Assembly (NCBI GenBank): GCA_025603075.1
Contig: MU626300.1
Location: 64,690-128,689, forward strand
DNA: 64,000 bases
From: Neoconidiobolus thromboides FSU 785
Taxonomy: Eukaryota; Fungi; Entomophthoromycota
Reading direction: 5' to 3'
The position numbers were made by a program, and so were the translations under genes. Position 1 is the stretch's first letter, and each line of letters begins with the position of its first letter. The notes under the pieces were generated by a model, which was given only the letters and a program-made list of their open reading frames with translations, was not told where the DNA came from and did not search any database. Shown one piece after another: positions 61,129 through 64,000 of the stretch.

Positions 61129-64000
61129 GATGCCGTTGATGTTATGTATTTAAATATGAGATGCTAAAATGTGATGGGTGATTGAGATTAAATATGTATA
61201 TAAATAAAAAATTAAGGAGATCTATATAAAATAAGAGATATAATTTTAAAAATAATTTAAACAAAAGAAATAGATTGAAGGGGATTTATATACTTTTCAA
61301 ATTTAAATAACAGTAAAATCCAACATTATTATTTTAGGAATTATCACTATTGTGTAGGAAATATATCCATATTAAAAATGAAACTAAGAAACTATTAAAT
61401 TTTATTTCTGTTTTAGTTATAGGAGAATTTTGAAATAATTCATTTAAGTCTATTTTTTATTTTTTATTACGTTTGATATCTTTTTTCCTATTCTCTCTCT
61501 ACTTTTTAGCTAATTAAAAATTTTCCTAAAGACGTTGAGCTTCTCTTTCCCACTCTTTAAGCTCCAAAATCTATTTAAAACTTTTCATTTACTCAATTGA
61601 CCTTGAACCCAATCACTTCCATGAAATCTTTTCAGATATTAGTTCTTTTAAGAGAACAATTGGTTAAGTTAGATCTCTGCCAATCATATAAACCATTCAA
61701 GGAATATTTTATTCGTATTGGAGAAAAGGAGAATTTTAAAATTTCAAGTTATTTTCCGATAGAATAATAATAGTAATAAGAGTATATGAATTTTTATTTT
61801 GGGTAATAAGCTAATGAAAAAAGTAATAATTATATCATTTAATAAGTTGGATAATGTAATTATTTTTTATATTAGTAATAACTTTAGATATTAGGATTTC
61901 ATAAAATTAAAGTTATTTGTTACCTATAGATATTAATTGATACATAGAGAGTCCATCTATTTGTTTCTATTTAAATGAGAAGAATATATTAAATAGATAA
62001 TATTAATTTAGTATCATTATGTAATATCTAAAACTTAAATTAGTAAAATTTAGAAGTAAAATGATAACGATTCAATGTCTTATGCACGTATTTTCTGAAA
62101 AAAATGATAACGATGTATTAAAATTAAGCTTTGCTTAGTAAATTAATAAATCAGTTAAATTCAAAATTTTGCAACCATTTCATAACAGGAAAAATGTGGA
62201 GTTTAGAATAGCTATAATTTTTTAAAATTCAAATGTTTCATGTTATACAAACCCTAGCAATTATTAGTATGTGACTGTAGAAGTAGGAAAAAATATTGTA
62301 TAAAAAAGAAACTTTAGGAGTTTATATATCATTTGATTTAAAGCTATTAAGTACTAATGATTGAATAAAAGATCCAAAAATTGTCTGAGAAAATAATTTG
62401 CTAATTTGATAAGCCTAAAATCAGTAATGGAAACTTTTCAAATATTTCAAAGATTCCATATTAAACAGTTATAGAATTTTATTTTTAATATAACGCAATT
62501 ATCCTCTCTAGTAAATTACCGTTATATTTTGGGCATCCTTTTTTCTCATCATTGGATTTTTCATTCCAGATCTTTCCTCTTTCAGTGTTTTTTTTAAATC
62601 TCCTCCCCTTTCCACCTTCTTTTTTTCATCCTTCCTTTTTGGAATATTTTCTTTATTTTTGGTTTGTATTAAAGTTTTTAAATTAGCTACTTGTTGTTAA
62701 TTCAAACTACTCTTTATTGTATCGTGTAATATGTTTTGTAATAATTACGAGGACATTATTTAACTTACATTATATTATAAAAATTACAATTCTTAAATAA
62801 TTGAAGATTCTCATAAAATTGAAAAAACATTAAATTCAACACATTATTCTATTACATATTATATATTAAATTGTTGTAATTTGACTTTAGTTTTATAGAG
62901 CTGAATTGGACTATCTATAATGTTTTTTCATAATGTAATACACTCTTTATTTTTGTATCTTTGTGTTTTTAAATACATTTGTATAATTTGATTCATTTAT
63001 TGTGCAAGCCATAACACAATTTTAATCTTTATTTGTATAAGTTAGTTAATCCTCCCACAGCTTAATATTTTAATATTAAAAATACGACAAATATTCTAAT
63101 AATTACAATATTAACTAAAATTCTATTAACTTTTTGTTATTTTCTATTTATTAAAGTCATTATTATAATTTAAACTTATTAAAAAATAATCACGTTCTTC
63201 AACAGCTAGAAAATTTTGACCATAGGTTGACTTAAAATCTAACTGGTTTTTTGCTCATCAAAGAGACAACAATTACCATAATAAAAATTTAACATTGAAC
63301 TGAAAAAAAGTAAATCATTTTCATCAACATATATCTAAGTCTGGCTAATCGTCTGCAACTTTACACTTACTGTTCCTTGTTTTCACTTTAACTTTCTATG
63401 AATATGAATAAAACAAATATTTAAGACAGATATAATTTAATAAGTATATAGAATAGTACTCTCAAAGAGATTACTCGTATTTAATTTGAAGATTACAAGC
63501 TCAAAATCCTTACAAATCAGCAAAAGATCTTTAATTGTGATATATAAGATCCCAATACAGTATTTATACCAAGAAAAATATTTGGGCAAACTGCACTAAA
63601 AAAATCCAATAATAAATAAAATCAAAAGCAAAATGTTAAAATTATAACGTAAATTAAAAAGATTATTGTTACTATGCTAATTTTTCTCCTAGGTTTTTGT
63701 ACTTTGTTTATTTTGCTTAAAACTATTATTCAAATTTAGTTCTCCAATTTGTTTAAATCTTCTCTTGAAATAAATGTGATGTGTTGAAAATACTATAAAT
63801 AGGATTAAAATTCAGTGAACTTTAATGACAATTAATAAATCGAATGTTTTTTTATGAAGCCTTAATTTTTATTTACTTGTTAAATTAATTTATATTGTTA
63901 TAAGCCAAATTATTTTTTGTACTGTTTGAAAATCCTTTTACATAACCTTTAGTTGCTATACTTTGAAGATGATTTTTCATTTGTTCAATAGTATAAGTAC

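Noticed and set aside
61379-61385. TGAAAC as a pheromone response element upstream of STE12
   Set aside because: Single imperfect site (TGAAACT); frequent by chance at this base composition.

Overview
Very AT-rich eukaryotic (fungal) genomic window with short spliceosomal introns of mostly 47-52 nt. The gene set and composition suggest an early-diverging fungus such as a Conidiobolus-like entomophthoralean (inference, not checked). About 21 protein-coding genes are supportable: a Taf14-like YEATS protein (runs off the left edge), an MFS monocarboxylate-type transporter, an intron-split DHHC palmitoyltransferase that the ORF track essentially missed and that carries one in-frame TAA, a BAR-SH3 (endophilin/Mug137-like) protein with a C-terminal Cys/His finger, a GH18 chitinase, two homeodomain factors, a Ste12/SteA factor, three LYC1-like GNAT paralogs, an arylamine N-acetyltransferase, two RNase T2 paralogs flanking a subtilisin, an M18 aspartyl aminopeptidase, Yippee, RMI1, one small membrane orphan and three small secreted orphans. 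There is also one tRNA-Glu(TTC). Intergenic DNA carries 20 copies of one ~98-bp MITE with GGGGATGT..ACATCCCC ends and a 4-bp target duplication, including a tandem dimer and inverted pairs, with clear CpG decay; a decayed Tc1/mariner transposase is also present. Best leads: the 4-bp-TSD MITE family, a divergent pair of Gly-rich secreted proteins with a C-x22-25-CP module and a YY C-terminus, the premature-stop DHHC gene, a shared C-terminal motif in the two homeoproteins, and the acidic/basic RNase T2 pair. All family calls are from motif recognition by eye; no database searches were run.
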